IMG/VR virus record: IMGVR_UViG_3300028804_000003
Location: 16,859 to 80,858 of that record
Source of the DNA: a virus
Lineage: Duplodnaviria > Caudoviricetes
Length of the DNA stretch: 64,000 nt
Reading direction: 5' to 3' (one strand)
Shown: piece by piece, positions 18,157 to 29,900 of the stretch
How the letters are laid out: every line of letters begins with the position of its first letter
How positions within the stretch are numbered: the stretch's first letter is position 1
The notes under the pieces: model-generated
Told to the model about the DNA's origin: nothing
What the model saw: the letters and a program-made list of their open reading frames with translations, nothing else
Database searches by the model: none
Program-made: the position numbers and the translations under genes

Positions 18157-21100
18157 TCACCCATTCGTCGGATAGCCAATCAGGTACACCTTCAGACCAG
18201 CGCCCGCAATGGTGGAGCCCACTGCGTCGATGTCGATGGTGATTTCCGCATCGTCGGCCAGCGAGGAGTCCGAGATGACACGCGGCGTGGCTGCCGTGGT
18301 CGTGGTTTTCTCGGAAGCATCGAAGGTCAGCTTGGTCGAGAGGATCGTAGAGCCCGACTCGTTCACGTCCACGGTGAGCAAAGTGCCGCCCGTGGGAGCC
18401 GTGGTGACCGAAGCGCGAATGTCCGTCAGCGTGAAGGCGAACGGCATGCGGAAGGTCGTCTTGGCCGTGCCCGTGGTCAGGGACGTGGTCTCATCCGAAA
18501 CTGCGATGGCGATGACCTGAGTCGTCGGAACGACAGGCTTGCCATTCGCACGGAAGTATCGGACATAGACGTTGTCACCGTTGTCCTGAGTCACATAGGC
18601 CATGTCACCGGCAGCCGTGGTGATGTTCGCGCCACCCGGCAACACGAGGGTCGTGGCATTGTGCGTCAGCGTGAGCGCACCATCGAAGATGAGCCATGCA
18701 CCACGACCATCCTTGGCCGTACCGAAGTCGATGTCCGTGATCGTGGTCGTGCCGGTGATGTGGAACAGACCACCCTCACCGAGGCTCACCGTGGCCGCAG
18801 AGGCTACGTTGGAGCCCTTCTCCCACAGCGCGGCCAGTGCATCCGGCGTGACACCCTTGGTCGTGTTGGTGCCAGCCAGCGCTTCCGTGGTGGACGCAGC
18901 AAGGAACGAACCACCACCGTCAATAGCAGTGCCATCGGCGCGCTGGTAGACCACGCAGTAGACATTGTCTGCGTTGTCCTGAATGAAGAGCGCGCGGTCG
19001 TTCGCGGCGGTCGTGATGTTGGCCGCACCCGGCAGAAGCAAGGTCGTAGCATTGTGAGTCAGAGTCAGGATGTCGTCAAAGACAACCCAAGCCCAACGAC
19101 CATTCTTCGCGGTCGCCCAGTCGATGTCCGTGATCGTGGTCGTGCCGGTGATGTGGAAGTATCCACCTTCAGCGAACGTGACGGTAGCCGCCGAGGCGAC
19201 ATCTGCACCCTTCTCCCACAGAGCCGCAATCGCGTCAGCCGTGGCAGCCTTGGCCGTGTCGGTGCCGGTCAGGATTTCGGTCGTGCTGGTGAGTGAGATG
19301 CTGGACGACACAACAGCCGTGCCGTCCGCGCGCTGATACCAGACGCAGATGACATTGTCGGAAGCATCCTGCACGAACATTGCACGATCACCGGCAGCGG
19401 TCGTGATGTTCGCATTACCCGGCAGCTTGAGGGTCGTGGCATTGTGAGTCAGGGTCAGAATACCGTCGAAAATCACGATGGCTGGACGACCGTTCTTGGC
19501 GGTAGCCCAGTCGATGTCCGTGATGGTCGTGGTGCCGGTGATGTGGAAGTACCCACCTTCACCAAGGCTTACAGTCGCGGCAGAGGCCACGTCAGAGCCC
19601 TTCTCCCACAGGGCAGCCAAGGAGTCCGGGGTGACCGCCACGGCCACGGAAGTGCCCGTCAAGGTCTGCGTGGTGGACGCGGCGGTGAACGAAGAGTTCA
19701 CGAGAGGTGTACCATCGGCGCGCTGATACCAGACGCAGATGACATTGTCTGACGCATCTTGCACGAAGCAAGCCGTGTCACCGGCAGCCGTGGTGATGCT
19801 GGCCGCACCCGGCAGCTTGAGAGTCGTAGCATTGTAGGTGAGGGTGAGTGCGCCGTCGAAAGTGACCATGGCCCAACGACCATTCTTCGCGGTGGCCCAG
19901 TCAATGTCCGTGATCGTGGTCGTGCCGGTGATGTGGAAGAAACCACCCTCGGCAAAGGATACGGTGGCCGCAGAAGCCACGTCAGAGCCCTTCTCCCAAA
20001 GAGCAGCCAGTGCATCTGGAGTCACATAAGCCGCCGTGTCGGTGCCCTGCAAAGCCTCAGTAGTGGTGGCCGCAGTCAGTCCGGCAGATGCCACAATCGC
20101 AGTACCGTCCGCGCGCTGATACCAGACGCAATAGACATTGTCCGAGGAGTCCTGAATGAATGCAGCGCGGTCACCGGCAGCCGTGGTGATGTTCGCGCCA
20201 CCCGGAAGGATCAAGCTCGTGGCATTATGAGTCAGTGTCAGGATGCCATCGAATACGAGGATGGCTTCACGGCCATCAGTAGCCGTGGACCAATCAATAT
20301 CCGTGATCGTGGTCGTGCCCGTCACATGGAAGTATCGGCCATTGCCGATGGTGATGGTGGACGCGGACGCGATGTCAGAGCCCTTCTTCCACAGACTGGC
20401 GAGCTTGGCCGGATCGACCGCCTTGCTGGCCACAGTGCCCGTAAGAACTTGGGTGTTGGATGCGAAGGCAGTGGCGTTCTGGTTCAGCTTCTTGAAGACG
20501 AGCGCCGTGGAGCCAACCGTGATCGGGTTGTTCGTGGTGAGCATCCACAGGGTATCCGGGTTCGCGGTGCCTTCCGTGACTGTGATGAGCACACCAGCAT
20601 ACACCTCGGTCGTGCCATCATCGAAATCGAGCGCACGATAGGGAGAAGCATCGACCACATACAGGCCGTTCTCTGACGGCGTGGTCTGATCTTTCAGGAA
20701 CACCACATCATCCTGCGCAAGGGTCACACCATTGATAACATCACCGGGATTGAGGGCGGTGGCAATCGTGACATTGGCCGTGGAACAGACGCGAGCCGTG
20801 ATGGAAGTGTCACCGGGGATGATGACGGAGTCGGATTCGAACACGCGGCGAACGCCGGTCGCGGTCACGTAGATCGCGGCCAGCACACCATTCTTGACAA
20901 CCACTTCTTCCGCCAGCGCATTGTCGGTGACAGTCAGGTCAGCGCCGAGGTCGTTGTCCACCATGACTACGCCGCGCTGGACGGCAGCCATCTTGAGCAC
21001 GGGCGATCCACCCGAGGTGCCTGACATGATGAAGGTCTGGTTCTGACGAAGCTGTGCTGTAGTGAGAACCTTGAGGTTTTCACCAGACCAAGTGATGGTC

Positions 21101-21207
21101 AGTTCGGACGTGATCGCAGCATCGAGCACACCATCACTGTTGTTGATGGCAGTCTCTTTCTGCGTCTGCGACGAACTGACTTCCGTGCGACCAAGGTTGT
21201 TCGACAT
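18157..21207 (-). CDS. long tail fiber protein with five ~130-aa repeats
   Basis: Thr/Ala-rich; DUF2793-like N-terminus; five copies of 'TPDALAALWEKGSDVASA...FHITGTTTITDI...TAAGD...YQRADG'. Confidence 0.8.
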   Translation of the reverse strand: MSNNLGRTEVSSSQTQKETAINNSDGVLDAAITSELTITWSGENLKVLTTAQLRQNQTFIMSGTSGGSPVLKMAAVQRGVVMVDNDLGADLTVTDNALAEEVVVKNGVLAAIYVTATGVRRVFESDSVIIPGDTSITARVCSTANVTIATALNPGDVINGVTLAQDDVVFLKDQTTPSENGLYVVDASPYRALDFDDGTTEVYAGVLITVTEGTANPDTLWMLTTNNPITVGSTALVFKKLNQNATAFASNTQVLTGTVASKAVDPAKLASLWKKGSDIASASTITIGNGRYFHVTGTTTITDIDWSTATDGREAILVFDGILTLTHNATSLILPGGANITTAAGDRAAFIQDSSDNVYCVWYQRADGTAIVASAGLTAATTTEALQGTDTAAYVTPDALAALWEKGSDVASAATVSFAEGGFFHITGTTTITDIDWATAKNGRWAMVTFDGALTLTYNATTLKLPGAASITTAAGDTACFVQDASDNVICVWYQRADGTPLVNSSFTAASTTQTLTGTSVAVAVTPDSLAALWEKGSDVASAATVSLGEGGYFHITGTTTITDIDWATAKNGRPAIVIFDGILTLTHNATTLKLPGNANITTAAGDRAMFVQDASDNVICVWYQRADGTAVVSSSISLTSTTEILTGTDTAKAATADAIAALWEKGADVASAATVTFAEGGYFHITGTTTITDIDWATAKNGRWAWVVFDDILTLTHNATTLLLPGAANITTAANDRALFIQDNADNVYCVVYQRADGTAIDGGGSFLAASTTEALAGTNTTKGVTPDALAALWEKGSNVASAATVSLGEGGLFHITGTTTITDIDFGTAKDGRGAWLIFDGALTLTHNATTLVLPGGANITTAAGDMAYVTQDNGDNVYVRYFRANGKPVVPTTQVIAIAVSDETTSLTTGTAKTTFRMPFAFTLTDIRASVTTAPTGGTLLTVDVNESGSTILSTKLTFDASEKTTTTAATPRVISDSSLADDAEITIDIDAVGSTIAGAGLKVYLIGYPTNG
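18530..20466 (-). repeat. five ~390-bp imperfect tandem coding repeats
   Basis: Near-identical DNA segments, e.g. GATGTCCGTGATCGTGGTCGTGCCGGTGATGTGGAA recurring at about 18731, 19123, 19513, 19903 and 20297; boundaries approximate. Confidence 0.85.
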
Positions 21208-21216
21208 AGCTTCTCC

Positions 21217-24200
21217 TTACGTGTCCTCAATCAGAACTCGGGTCATGCGACCCGGCCCGTATCCGCTGCTTGCCCCTGACAAGCTCGTGGCCTGTTGTAC
21301 CATGATGTCAAGGTGCTTGAAAGCCACAAAATCTGAGTAGCCCAGTTCGGCCACAATCTCATTATCCGTGGCGTTTGCCGTGATATAAGACCCCGGCTGC
21401 GTGGTGAAAGTGGAGCCTGAACTGGACAGGTTATCCGGCACGTCAAACTCATAGAGCAGAGCCGTGCGGATTTCCGAGGCCGTCAGAGTCAGACTGGTTG
21501 CCCCAGTAACCTCAAAGGTCACATCCGTGTTCGATATGAGAGTCGGACGCCACAGGCCACCGCTGAATGCCCACGTGTAATACGGCCAGCGGCGGATCGT
21601 GACGAGGTAGTTGTTCAGGTCATTGGCTGACAGAGTGTTCACTTCAGTGCCATCACTGAGTTTGACTATCTTGCGATTGCGGCGAGACCAAGTGATCGTC
21701 AGGTCACCAGTACCCGCACCGATGTCTCGGGTAATAGTCGGCACGGTAGGAGTCCACGGCAGTGCTGCATACCCCTGAATAGTGACGGACTTGGAACCGA
21801 TGGATGCTTCCGCTTGTGAGGGACCAACTGCCTTATAGTTGAGCAAGGTTTCAATACGAGCATCGCTGACACCTGAAGCATCGGTGAAAAGCTCCCCGAT
21901 GAGCACGAGCTTGTCACCTTCCTTGTGCAGGTCCACTGCATAGTCGGTGCTGTTACGAGCGCGCAACAGATTAGAAAGAGTGAAACTGCCATCGCTGTTT
22001 TCAGTGACCGTCATGAACTGGATGAGTTCCCACCTACCGTTCTTACCGAAGGCAGCCGTGTTTGATCCACGCAGCAAGTCATCCTCTGTGCAGCTTGCGA
22101 GCAGAGTGGCATCACCCGCAGTCACGATTACGGTCATGGTATTCACAGTATCCGTTTGCAACAGGGAGTCCGGCGTGTCCGGCAGACTGGTTACGATGCA
22201 TACGACACCTTCGTTAGTGTTAGCGGCCACTTCAGCATATGAAGTAGAGTCAACGAAAGAGAAGTAGGCGGCAGAACCGAGCCAAGAGGTCGTCTTGTTG
22301 ATCGGACTGATGTGCATATACAACGGGAACTTACCCGTAGAGGTCATATCATGGCCAGCGTCAAGCAGAGGCACATCAAGAATGTAAAGCTCCCCACCAA
22401 GGTCATACGGGATCGCCTGAGTGTAACCGCCACCGGCATAGGCATTGAAGGACACTGCTTCGTCCGACTGGAAGCTAGTACCACGGACACCAATCGAGAA
22501 GTCGTTGTTGTAGGTGACCTCGGAAGCCTTCACGGTGTAAGTCAACTGGCCGATGATGACGGAGCCCACATCACCCGGTTCGACCTTGAAGAACTTCTGA
22601 GGCAGACGGAAGTCATAGGACACGCGCGAAGACCACGCCATCCAGAGCGCGCGGTTGGCGAGCGTCTTGGCTTCGGTCGCAGTCATAGCGATTGGAACTT
22701 CATAGGTGATCTGTTCGTTGGACCCGTTGGTCTCAATGAACTGCGAACGGGTGGCGATCTGCATGGACCACTGGTAGGACAGGGCCTTGTCCAGATAGCG
22801 CAGAAGCACACGCTGAGGCACAGCAATCTCTTCTTCACGGCGGAAGGTGAAGCTCACGGACTCCGGCTGCTGTGCGGATGCCAGCAATGTCTCACCATCG
22901 GCCACGTCGAAATCGGTACTGCTGTAGCCCACCGGCTTGCGCAAGAACTTCACCATACCATCAGACTCGATCACGTCGATACGATAGATGGCAGAGATGG
23001 CATTGATGACAGAGCGATAGGACGTGATCTGCGAGATGACCGCGCCGTCAATTTCATCATCAATCTCAGGGTCCACATAGATTTCCGAGATGAGGTAGCC
23101 AGCATAGAGTGCCATGCCTGTGATAAAGTCAGCCAGCGGCATGCGGGCATCACTGAGGCGGTCGTAGTAGAACAGTGACAAGGCATTAGCCATGCTATCC
23201 GACTGACCCGTACCCGCTGCGCCGCCACCGCTGAACCCGATAGCAGCAAACATACGAATCTTGGAAGAGAACATGCGGGTGCTGCTGTCCACGTAGTATT
23301 GGCCGAAGGTATCCGTGAACGTGTTGATAGTCATGAAAGTCAGGTCAAGCTCATGTGTGCTGCCGTCATTGGTCGTCTGCCAAGACAGGTAGCCATTCGA
23401 CATGTCATGCAAGAAGTTATACTTGTCATAAGCTGGCGGCAACTTACCAGTCAGGTCCACGCTTCCACGTTCATCACCGGAGACATGGTACTTGTAGCAC
23501 ATGCCATTCGTCAGCATGACGATGTAGACCTCTTCCTCTTTGTAGTAGTAGAGGTTGTTAATGGTCGTCGGCATGGTCTTGAAAATGGACTTAGTGAACT
23601 TGCCGGGAAACTCACGGCTTGCACCCGGCTCAATCACGTACTCATAGATGATGTTGCCGTCCACACATGCCATGGTGGCGCTCGCAATCGGCGGCGGCAA
23701 AACTCTACCGGGACAAAACTGATCGTACTCGACACCTGATTCTACAAGCTCGATTTCGAAAACATCCGTACCTCCTTCGAGTCGCATTACAGCGAGGCCA
23801 GTGCCCGTATAGAAGGACTGCGCAAAGACGTAGGTATCAACCCCCTTCAATCCATAACTATACTGCGCTCCATAGAACTTCGGATAGTTCACGTAGCCCT
23901 GAGAATAGGGGATGAGGTCAGATGAAAGGGTATCACTGAATGGCAACACATGTGATCCCGTGAATCCGGTCCTTGCGCCAAGCCAGTTTACGACAGTGCC
24001 GCTGAGGGGATCAACCATGACAATAGGTTGCCTACCCAACCCACCGCGAGCCATACCGAGAATCACATTGAGCCACGGGATGTAAGTCAGACCGTAGTCA
24101 GAGACGCTGGTAAACTGAAAACCCTTGGTATGAGTCAGGTCCGCAGTCGTCTTGTCTCCCACGTTGTTATCCCAACCAACACCGTCCCCAGTGTTCGCGT

Positions 24201-25083
24201 AGCTGGTGTTGATGAGAGTGCCTTCGATCATATCATACGTGCGAACAGTGCAGTCCGCATTGGTGGCACCATTAGTGACCGAGTAGTACATCATGCGGTC
24301 CCAGTCGGCAAATCCGAACGACTGCGAACGCGAACCAACATGGTCTGCCGAGGGATAGATATTGGTGACAGAGTACACGGATGCAGTAGCATCACCAATC
24401 TCAACAGAGATAGAGGGCGGGCGGTTACCCCATAGCGCTACGGGCAGGTCCTTGATGACCATATACATGAAGTCGCGGAATGCAGGCACCATGCCCGCTC
24501 CCATCTTGGCCTCAATGGTCGGGTCCGGCTCTTGCAACGGGTCAGCCGGATAGAAGGTGAAGTTGAAGCCTTGGATTTTCGTCTGGCCAGTTCCACGACG
24601 ATCATAGATGAGGGAGCCATCGGCCCACACACGCAGAATATCACGCTTGGTGGAGTCCGTGTTACCCGGCACACCAAAGGACACCGCATACGTTGCGAAA
24701 TACTGGTACTCGGTAGTGGTCTGGTTAGGACCACCGGAGCCGCCCGACTTGGACTTCTTGATATTCTCACGCAGAGGAACCGCCCACAGAATGTTGCCGT
24801 ACAGACGGCGCACACCGAACGTGATGGGGATCGGCATGCCGTACAGGGAGAACGGGATGTTCAGGTCCTTCAGGCGCGGGCCGACAGTTTTCTTGTCGCC
24901 GTCAGCTTCCACGATGGAGTAGCCGGGAACGTAGCGGTCGTCTGGCGGGTCAATGACCTTGAAGTCGATGACATCATTGCCCCTTGGAACCCACCCGGTA
25001 TAGGACGTGTCCATCTGAAGATCGAACAGGTCCCACCTATCGAACGTACTGCTATCATCAAAGATGGATGTCGAAATCGGCAT
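21217..25083 (-). CDS. central tail tip / host-specificity protein (GTA megatron-like, Phage-tail_3)
   Basis: 'SLYGMPIPITFGVRRLYGNILWA', 'PAFRDFMYMVIKDLPVALWGNRPPSISVEI', 'FTLSNLLRAR'. Confidence 0.85.
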   Translation of the reverse strand: MPISTSIFDDSSTFDRWDLFDLQMDTSYTGWVPRGNDVIDFKVIDPPDDRYVPGYSIVEADGDKKTVGPRLKDLNIPFSLYGMPIPITFGVRRLYGNILWAVPLRENIKKSKSGGSGGPNQTTTEYQYFATYAVSFGVPGNTDSTKRDILRVWADGSLIYDRRGTGQTKIQGFNFTFYPADPLQEPDPTIEAKMGAGMVPAFRDFMYMVIKDLPVALWGNRPPSISVEIGDATASVYSVTNIYPSADHVGSRSQSFGFADWDRMMYYSVTNGATNADCTVRTYDMIEGTLINTSYANTGDGVGWDNNVGDKTTADLTHTKGFQFTSVSDYGLTYIPWLNVILGMARGGLGRQPIVMVDPLSGTVVNWLGARTGFTGSHVLPFSDTLSSDLIPYSQGYVNYPKFYGAQYSYGLKGVDTYVFAQSFYTGTGLAVMRLEGGTDVFEIELVESGVEYDQFCPGRVLPPPIASATMACVDGNIIYEYVIEPGASREFPGKFTKSIFKTMPTTINNLYYYKEEEVYIVMLTNGMCYKYHVSGDERGSVDLTGKLPPAYDKYNFLHDMSNGYLSWQTTNDGSTHELDLTFMTINTFTDTFGQYYVDSSTRMFSSKIRMFAAIGFSGGGAAGTGQSDSMANALSLFYYDRLSDARMPLADFITGMALYAGYLISEIYVDPEIDDEIDGAVISQITSYRSVINAISAIYRIDVIESDGMVKFLRKPVGYSSTDFDVADGETLLASAQQPESVSFTFRREEEIAVPQRVLLRYLDKALSYQWSMQIATRSQFIETNGSNEQITYEVPIAMTATEAKTLANRALWMAWSSRVSYDFRLPQKFFKVEPGDVGSVIIGQLTYTVKASEVTYNNDFSIGVRGTSFQSDEAVSFNAYAGGGYTQAIPYDLGGELYILDVPLLDAGHDMTSTGKFPLYMHISPINKTTSWLGSAAYFSFVDSTSYAEVAANTNEGVVCIVTSLPDTPDSLLQTDTVNTMTVIVTAGDATLLASCTEDDLLRGSNTAAFGKNGRWELIQFMTVTENSDGSFTLSNLLRARNSTDYAVDLHKEGDKLVLIGELFTDASGVSDARIETLLNYKAVGPSQAEASIGSKSVTIQGYAALPWTPTVPTITRDIGAGTGDLTITWSRRNRKIVKLSDGTEVNTLSANDLNNYLVTIRRWPYYTWAFSGGLWRPTLISNTDVTFEVTGATSLTLTASEIRTALLYEFDVPDNLSSSGSTFTTQPGSYITANATDNEIVAELGYSDFVAFKHLDIMVQQATSLSGASSGYGPGRMTRVLIEDT

Positions 25084-25085
25084 GG

Positions 25086-25562
25086 CTATGAAAGTCCTTT
25101 GTACCTGAAGGCGGCGATCAACAACCTCTTTACCTCATCTGATAGGTGTTCTTCAACCACCTTTCTAGCATCGACGCTGGCATGGATTATGGTCGGTCTG
25201 TTACCGATATGGCTGGCCATGACCACATGCTGAGGAAATATAGGGATTCGCATGACCAAGATGTCTGCGTCTCGAATATCCTTCATGTCCTTCAATCGGG
25301 TGCCGAAAGGTTCCAGTGCATCCATAAAATCGAAGTTCTTGGCCTGCCTACCATAGTCGAGAGAATCGTCATACTCGTGCAGTCCGAGTTCCCACCCGAC
25401 CACCATTGGAAGGCCGAGGCAATCTATGCCATTCCTAGACCTACCCTTATGCTTCCAAGGGGTGCCGATATAGGAACGGGCAAGCTGAAGGCACTGCTGC
25501 CGGATGTCGTCATGACTGGCCAGTTTGGAGGAAGTCGCTGATGTAATCGGGTCCGGGGACAA
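25086..25562 (-). CDS. NlpC/P60 tail-associated peptidase
   Basis: 'ARSYIGTPWKHKGR...GIDCLGL', 'QHV', 'IIHAS'; the start is uncertain (TTG 25562 with GAGGTG SD chosen). Confidence 0.85.
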   Translation of the reverse strand: MSPDPITSATSSKLASHDDIRQQCLQLARSYIGTPWKHKGRSRNGIDCLGLPMVVGWELGLHEYDDSLDYGRQAKNFDFMDALEPFGTRLKDMKDIRDADILVMRIPIFPQHVVMASHIGNRPTIIHASVDARKVVEEHLSDEVKRLLIAAFRYKGLS

Positions 25563-26382
25563 AGGGCTCACCTCTGAAATTCTTGATGTTGCTGAACTTG
25601 ACTCGGCATGTGTCCGGCGTCTTATCACAACCAGCCACCAAGTCAAATGTGTCCCCCACTTGAATATCATATGGCATCCTCAGTGCCAAGAACATAGAGT
25701 CCTCAACCACATCATATGCAAACTGGTTCAGGATTTCCATGGAGATACCAGTATTGTCCCCGCTCGTAAAGGTCATAACCCCGTGGGTGAAGAACCCATT
25801 GGCAAAGTCCGCGCCAAGTGTGGCTCTGATCTTACCCTGTGTCTCAACGGTCGTCACGGTTCCCGTGGTAGTGAATGCCGCCAGTGACACGGTGCATCGG
25901 GCATCCCCAAGGTCCGCACGGCACTGCGCAGAATAATACTCACCTATGCGAGTGTCACCGCGCGTGAGCAGGCCACGGATTTCGAACTGGCCAGATCGGC
26001 GGTTGGTCACCGTCATGGTCGAGAGCAGGCCGGTGAGCAGGATGATCTTGCCGTACTCGGGATGCTCGTAGTCCACCACGGCAAACTCCATGATGGCCTT
26101 GTCGTAGACACCGCGCGCAACATCCACTTCCGAGATTCCATTGTCGCTGAAGATCACATTGCAGTTGGTGGCCTGAATGCCGTTGTTGGCCGAGGACGTG
26201 ATGGCCGCGACCGCGACCGAGTTGTCACGCACATAGGTGTTCCCACTGACCACCACATCCGTGTCGTGATCGGTAAGGCGCAAGATGGTGCCGTCCGTGC
26301 GTGTGATCGTCACGATGTGACACAGATTGGTGGTGCCGCTGCTGAGGCGGGTCTGAAGGCTTGAGTTTATCGTGCGGCTCAT
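25510..26382 (-). CDS. tail hub protein DUF2163/BR0599 family
   Basis: 'ITRTDGTILRLTDHD', 'YSAQCRADLGDARC', 'GCDKTPDTC..KFSNIKNFRGEPFVPG'. Confidence 0.9.
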   Translation of the reverse strand: MSRTINSSLQTRLSSGTTNLCHIVTITRTDGTILRLTDHDTDVVVSGNTYVRDNSVAVAAITSSANNGIQATNCNVIFSDNGISEVDVARGVYDKAIMEFAVVDYEHPEYGKIILLTGLLSTMTVTNRRSGQFEIRGLLTRGDTRIGEYYSAQCRADLGDARCTVSLAAFTTTGTVTTVETQGKIRATLGADFANGFFTHGVMTFTSGDNTGISMEILNQFAYDVVEDSMFLALRMPYDIQVGDTFDLVAGCDKTPDTCRVKFSNIKNFRGEPFVPGPDYISDFLQTGQS

Positions 26383-26984
26383 TCACGTACCTCTTCGATA
26401 GGAATGTTCGGGATCGAGCCCGCATTCCAGATTTCCATCTCGACCTCCAATGCGTCAGAGGCGAAGTGACAAGGCACGTCGAAGGTGCCGGTCACAATGC
26501 GGATCGCATGGCCATTCGGTGGCGGGGACGTGAAGGTAATGATCCCACCCGTGGTGATGGACCACGTCGAGTTCGAGACCACTGATCCATTCACGCTGAT
26601 GGTCATGTCGGCGTCATCCACCGGGCGCGTGATCGGACGCGAGAAAGGCAGGATGTCGTCGTCATACTTGCGGATAGCTTGGAACGTGGTATCCGCCCCA
26701 TCGCCGGTCCCGATGAGGTCGTTGTCGAACTGGTAGTCCGACCAATCACGGAAGAGGAAGCCACGCAGACGACCGCGACGTGCATAGAAGAACTTGATGA
26801 CATCGCGCAAATTATCCTTGGTCTGGATGCCATATCCGACCTGACCACGATAGAGCGGGTAGCTCCAATTCTGATTGGTCACGAGGCTGCCGCCGTCAGT
26901 ACGATTCACAATCGTGCTGAACTGAGGACCGCCGCGCACACCGCGCTCGACATCAATTGGAAGCCTTACTGCATCAACGATCAT
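26379..26984 (-). CDS. distal tail protein DUF2460 (TIGR02217-like)
   Basis: 'GGPQFST', 'FFYARRGRLRGFLFRDWSD', 'FDVPCHF'. Confidence 0.9.
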   Translation of the reverse strand: MIVDAVRLPIDVERGVRGGPQFSTIVNRTDGGSLVTNQNWSYPLYRGQVGYGIQTKDNLRDVIKFFYARRGRLRGFLFRDWSDYQFDNDLIGTGDGADTTFQAIRKYDDDILPFSRPITRPVDDADMTISVNGSVVSNSTWSITTGGIITFTSPPPNGHAIRIVTGTFDVPCHFASDALEVEMEIWNAGSIPNIPIEEVRE

Positions 26985-29900
26985 CGCCTACCTGCCCTTC
27001 GATTTGCGCGATCAACCATACTGGCCAACTGCGACTCGATCTGTGCCTTGTTCTGACGGAACGTCTCGGCGCTCGGCGTGTTCACCGTCATCTGCACCTG
27101 AACACGGTTATCCTGCGCACCAGCCGTCTTGTTGCTGGACATGGCTTCCTGTGCCTTCGGGTCCGGGCGAGGGGCATTGGCGAGCCCATACGGGTCGCTG
27201 GTGCCATACATTGGACCGCCCTGTGCAGGAGTCAAAGTCTGGAAATCCTGCACCTTGGACGCGACCGCAGCCAGTCCCGGAAGAGCTTCTTGGAATTGCT
27301 TGAAGTTCTCGCCAGCATCGCGGTACTGCTTGAGCGCAGCCGTAGCCGTCTCGGACTTCGCCGCGATGAACTGGACGATACGCTCCTGCTCCTTAATCAT
27401 GCCAATGATGTCGATGCCGCTGTAAGCGAATGCGTCCACACCGTAGCGTTCAAGGGATGCCTTCAGCATGGCGAGCTTGGCAGACTCTTCAAGGTTCTGC
27501 GAGTCATACGGCTTGTTCGCATCATACTGGCCCGAGTATCCACCGGACATAGTCCAGTTGCTCTGATCCTTCATGTTGGCACGATATGCTTCATCACCAC
27601 CGAGAACCTTCTGAGTCTTGGCCCAGTCGGAATAGGTCTGAGGATCAATGTACTTCTGGCCAAACGCATCGGAGCCCGCAAAATAGTTCTGCCCCTGCTG
27701 AAGCATACCCTCTCCATATGCCAGCCAGTTGTACTTGGGATCATTCTCAAACGCACGACCATCTGCACTGTATCCACTACCCTTGAAGGACTGAGACTCC
27801 GACAGGGGCACTGCCGCGCGCTGAAGAGCCTTGGCCGTGTTCTCAGTCTGAACGGCGACCTCATTGACCATGGCCTGATTGGCAGCCGCCGCAACCTTGT
27901 TGCTGGCCACGACTGCATTGGCCATGCGATTTATGGCACGAACGATAAGAGTCGTGTTGTCGTTGGCAGCGGTCGTGCCATTGCTCTGAAGCGCATGGTT
28001 CGGAATGATATTGCCGGTCGTGTTCGGCGTGAAGAGTTCGGGACCCTTCTCACCCACGAGGTAGGTGTTGCCTGACAGCACCGGGCCACCGCTCGCACGG
28101 GCACCATCCGTCCCGCCCGAGCTACCAGAAGAGCCACCACCCGATCCTGCCGCTGCCTTGGCTGCTGCAAGCTCACGATAAGCCGCTGCAAGATTACGGA
28201 TGCCCGGAGCCGCACCGTTGGCGGCATCACCCGCTGCATTGAAGCCAGAAGCCGCAGCCTCACCGGCAGTCTTGGCAGCCGTCATGAGCGGGTTCAACTG
28301 TGCCACCAGATCAGCGAACGCCTTGACCTGCTTGGCAGCCGTGGTCGAGCTTTCAGCACTGGATGCCAAAGAGGTAGCCATCACCTGCGAAGCCTTGGCC
28401 GCGCCGGACGCCTGAAGGTTTACACCCTTCATCGAGCCCGCAAGCGAATCAGTCGGAGCCTTGGCAGCCGTGGACGCAGTTGCAGTTTCAGTCACCGCAG
28501 TACCGGCAGCCTTGGTGTACCCTTCCCAGTCCTTGGTGACACGAGCAAGGTTGTTGAACCCGTCGATAGAGGATGGCATGGACGCGATGGTGTTGGTCAG
28601 GCGTCCGCCCACCATACGATAGCCTTCATCAACCTTCTTGACCTCGGCAGCCAACGCGGCCTGCGAAGCCTTGAGCGCGTCCGTGCCGCCCTTGGCACCA
28701 AGCAGAGGACTAAGCAGGTTGGTGGTGGACTGCTTCAAGGTCTCGGTGGCCTGACCGGCATCAACCGTGGCCTGCTTGCCCTGAAGGAGTCCCTGTGCAT
28801 AGCTGAAGAGTTCAGCACGTGCATTCGCCACGGCATTGACCGACTCGTTGGAAGCGAGGCCGAGCGCGTTCAGCGCGCGCACCACACCCTCAGCCGCGAG
28901 CACGAAGGGCACCATGGCGAACGTGATGATGTTGCCGAACGCGGCCACCAACAGCGCGACCGTGTTGGCCACAACCTTCATCGTGCCATCCATGGTCACC
29001 CAAGACGGAAGCGACTGACCGATGGAAGCCACGATCTGGTATAGGACATCCACGATCTTTGCCATGGAGCCAAAGAAGCCATCGACTGCCGCCTTCACTT
29101 GCGGGAAGTAGTTGTAGAACGCAGTGAGTGCGATGACCGCTGCCGCGATAGCCGCGATCCAGATGGTGATCGGGTTGACCATCAACAGCGCGTTGAACGA
29201 AGCCATGACGCCGTTGCCCTGTGCCATAAGCTGGAACATGGCTACGAGGTTGCGACCGAACGCGGCAGTAGCACCACCCCACGCGGCAATGGTGCCTGCA
29301 TAACGGATGGCAATGAATGCCGCGAACAATTCGATCACGATGTTCAGGTTGTCACCCACGAGCACGAGGCCGCGCGAGAAGGCACCAAAGATGCCAGTGC
29401 CGCGATTGATGTCACCAAGCATCGTCACGACCGCATTGTGGATCGCAATGAAGCCCTCGGTGATCGTCGGGGACATCTTCTTCGCTTCTTCGGTGAGCTT
29501 CGGCACCGCATCAGCCACCGCCTTGATGACGCGCGAAGTCTCAAGGATGCCGGGGTTTGCCTTGGCGAAAGCGATAAGCTGGCCACCCGAGACTCCGAAC
29601 TCCTTACCGATAGCAGTGGCAAGAGCGGGCAACTGCTCGGACACGGAACGAAGTTCGTCACCACGCAGCGCGCCGGACGCGAGCGACTGGGAGAACTGGA
29701 TCATCGCATTGCGCGCTTCCATGCTCGTTGCACCACCGACCTTCACGGACAGGGCGAGACCCGTCATGACCTTTTCCAGATAACCACTGGACAGGCCGAG
29801 GGACTCCGTGGACTTCAGCAAGCGCCCATAGGTGACCGCGTTCGACTCAAGCTCGGTGCGGGTGCTACGGGAAATCTGTGCGACGAACTGCTGTGCGCGA

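Noticed and set aside
16933-21207. Diversity-generating retroelement acting on the fibers
   Set aside because: No reverse transcriptase in the window; differences between repeats are not adenine-specific.
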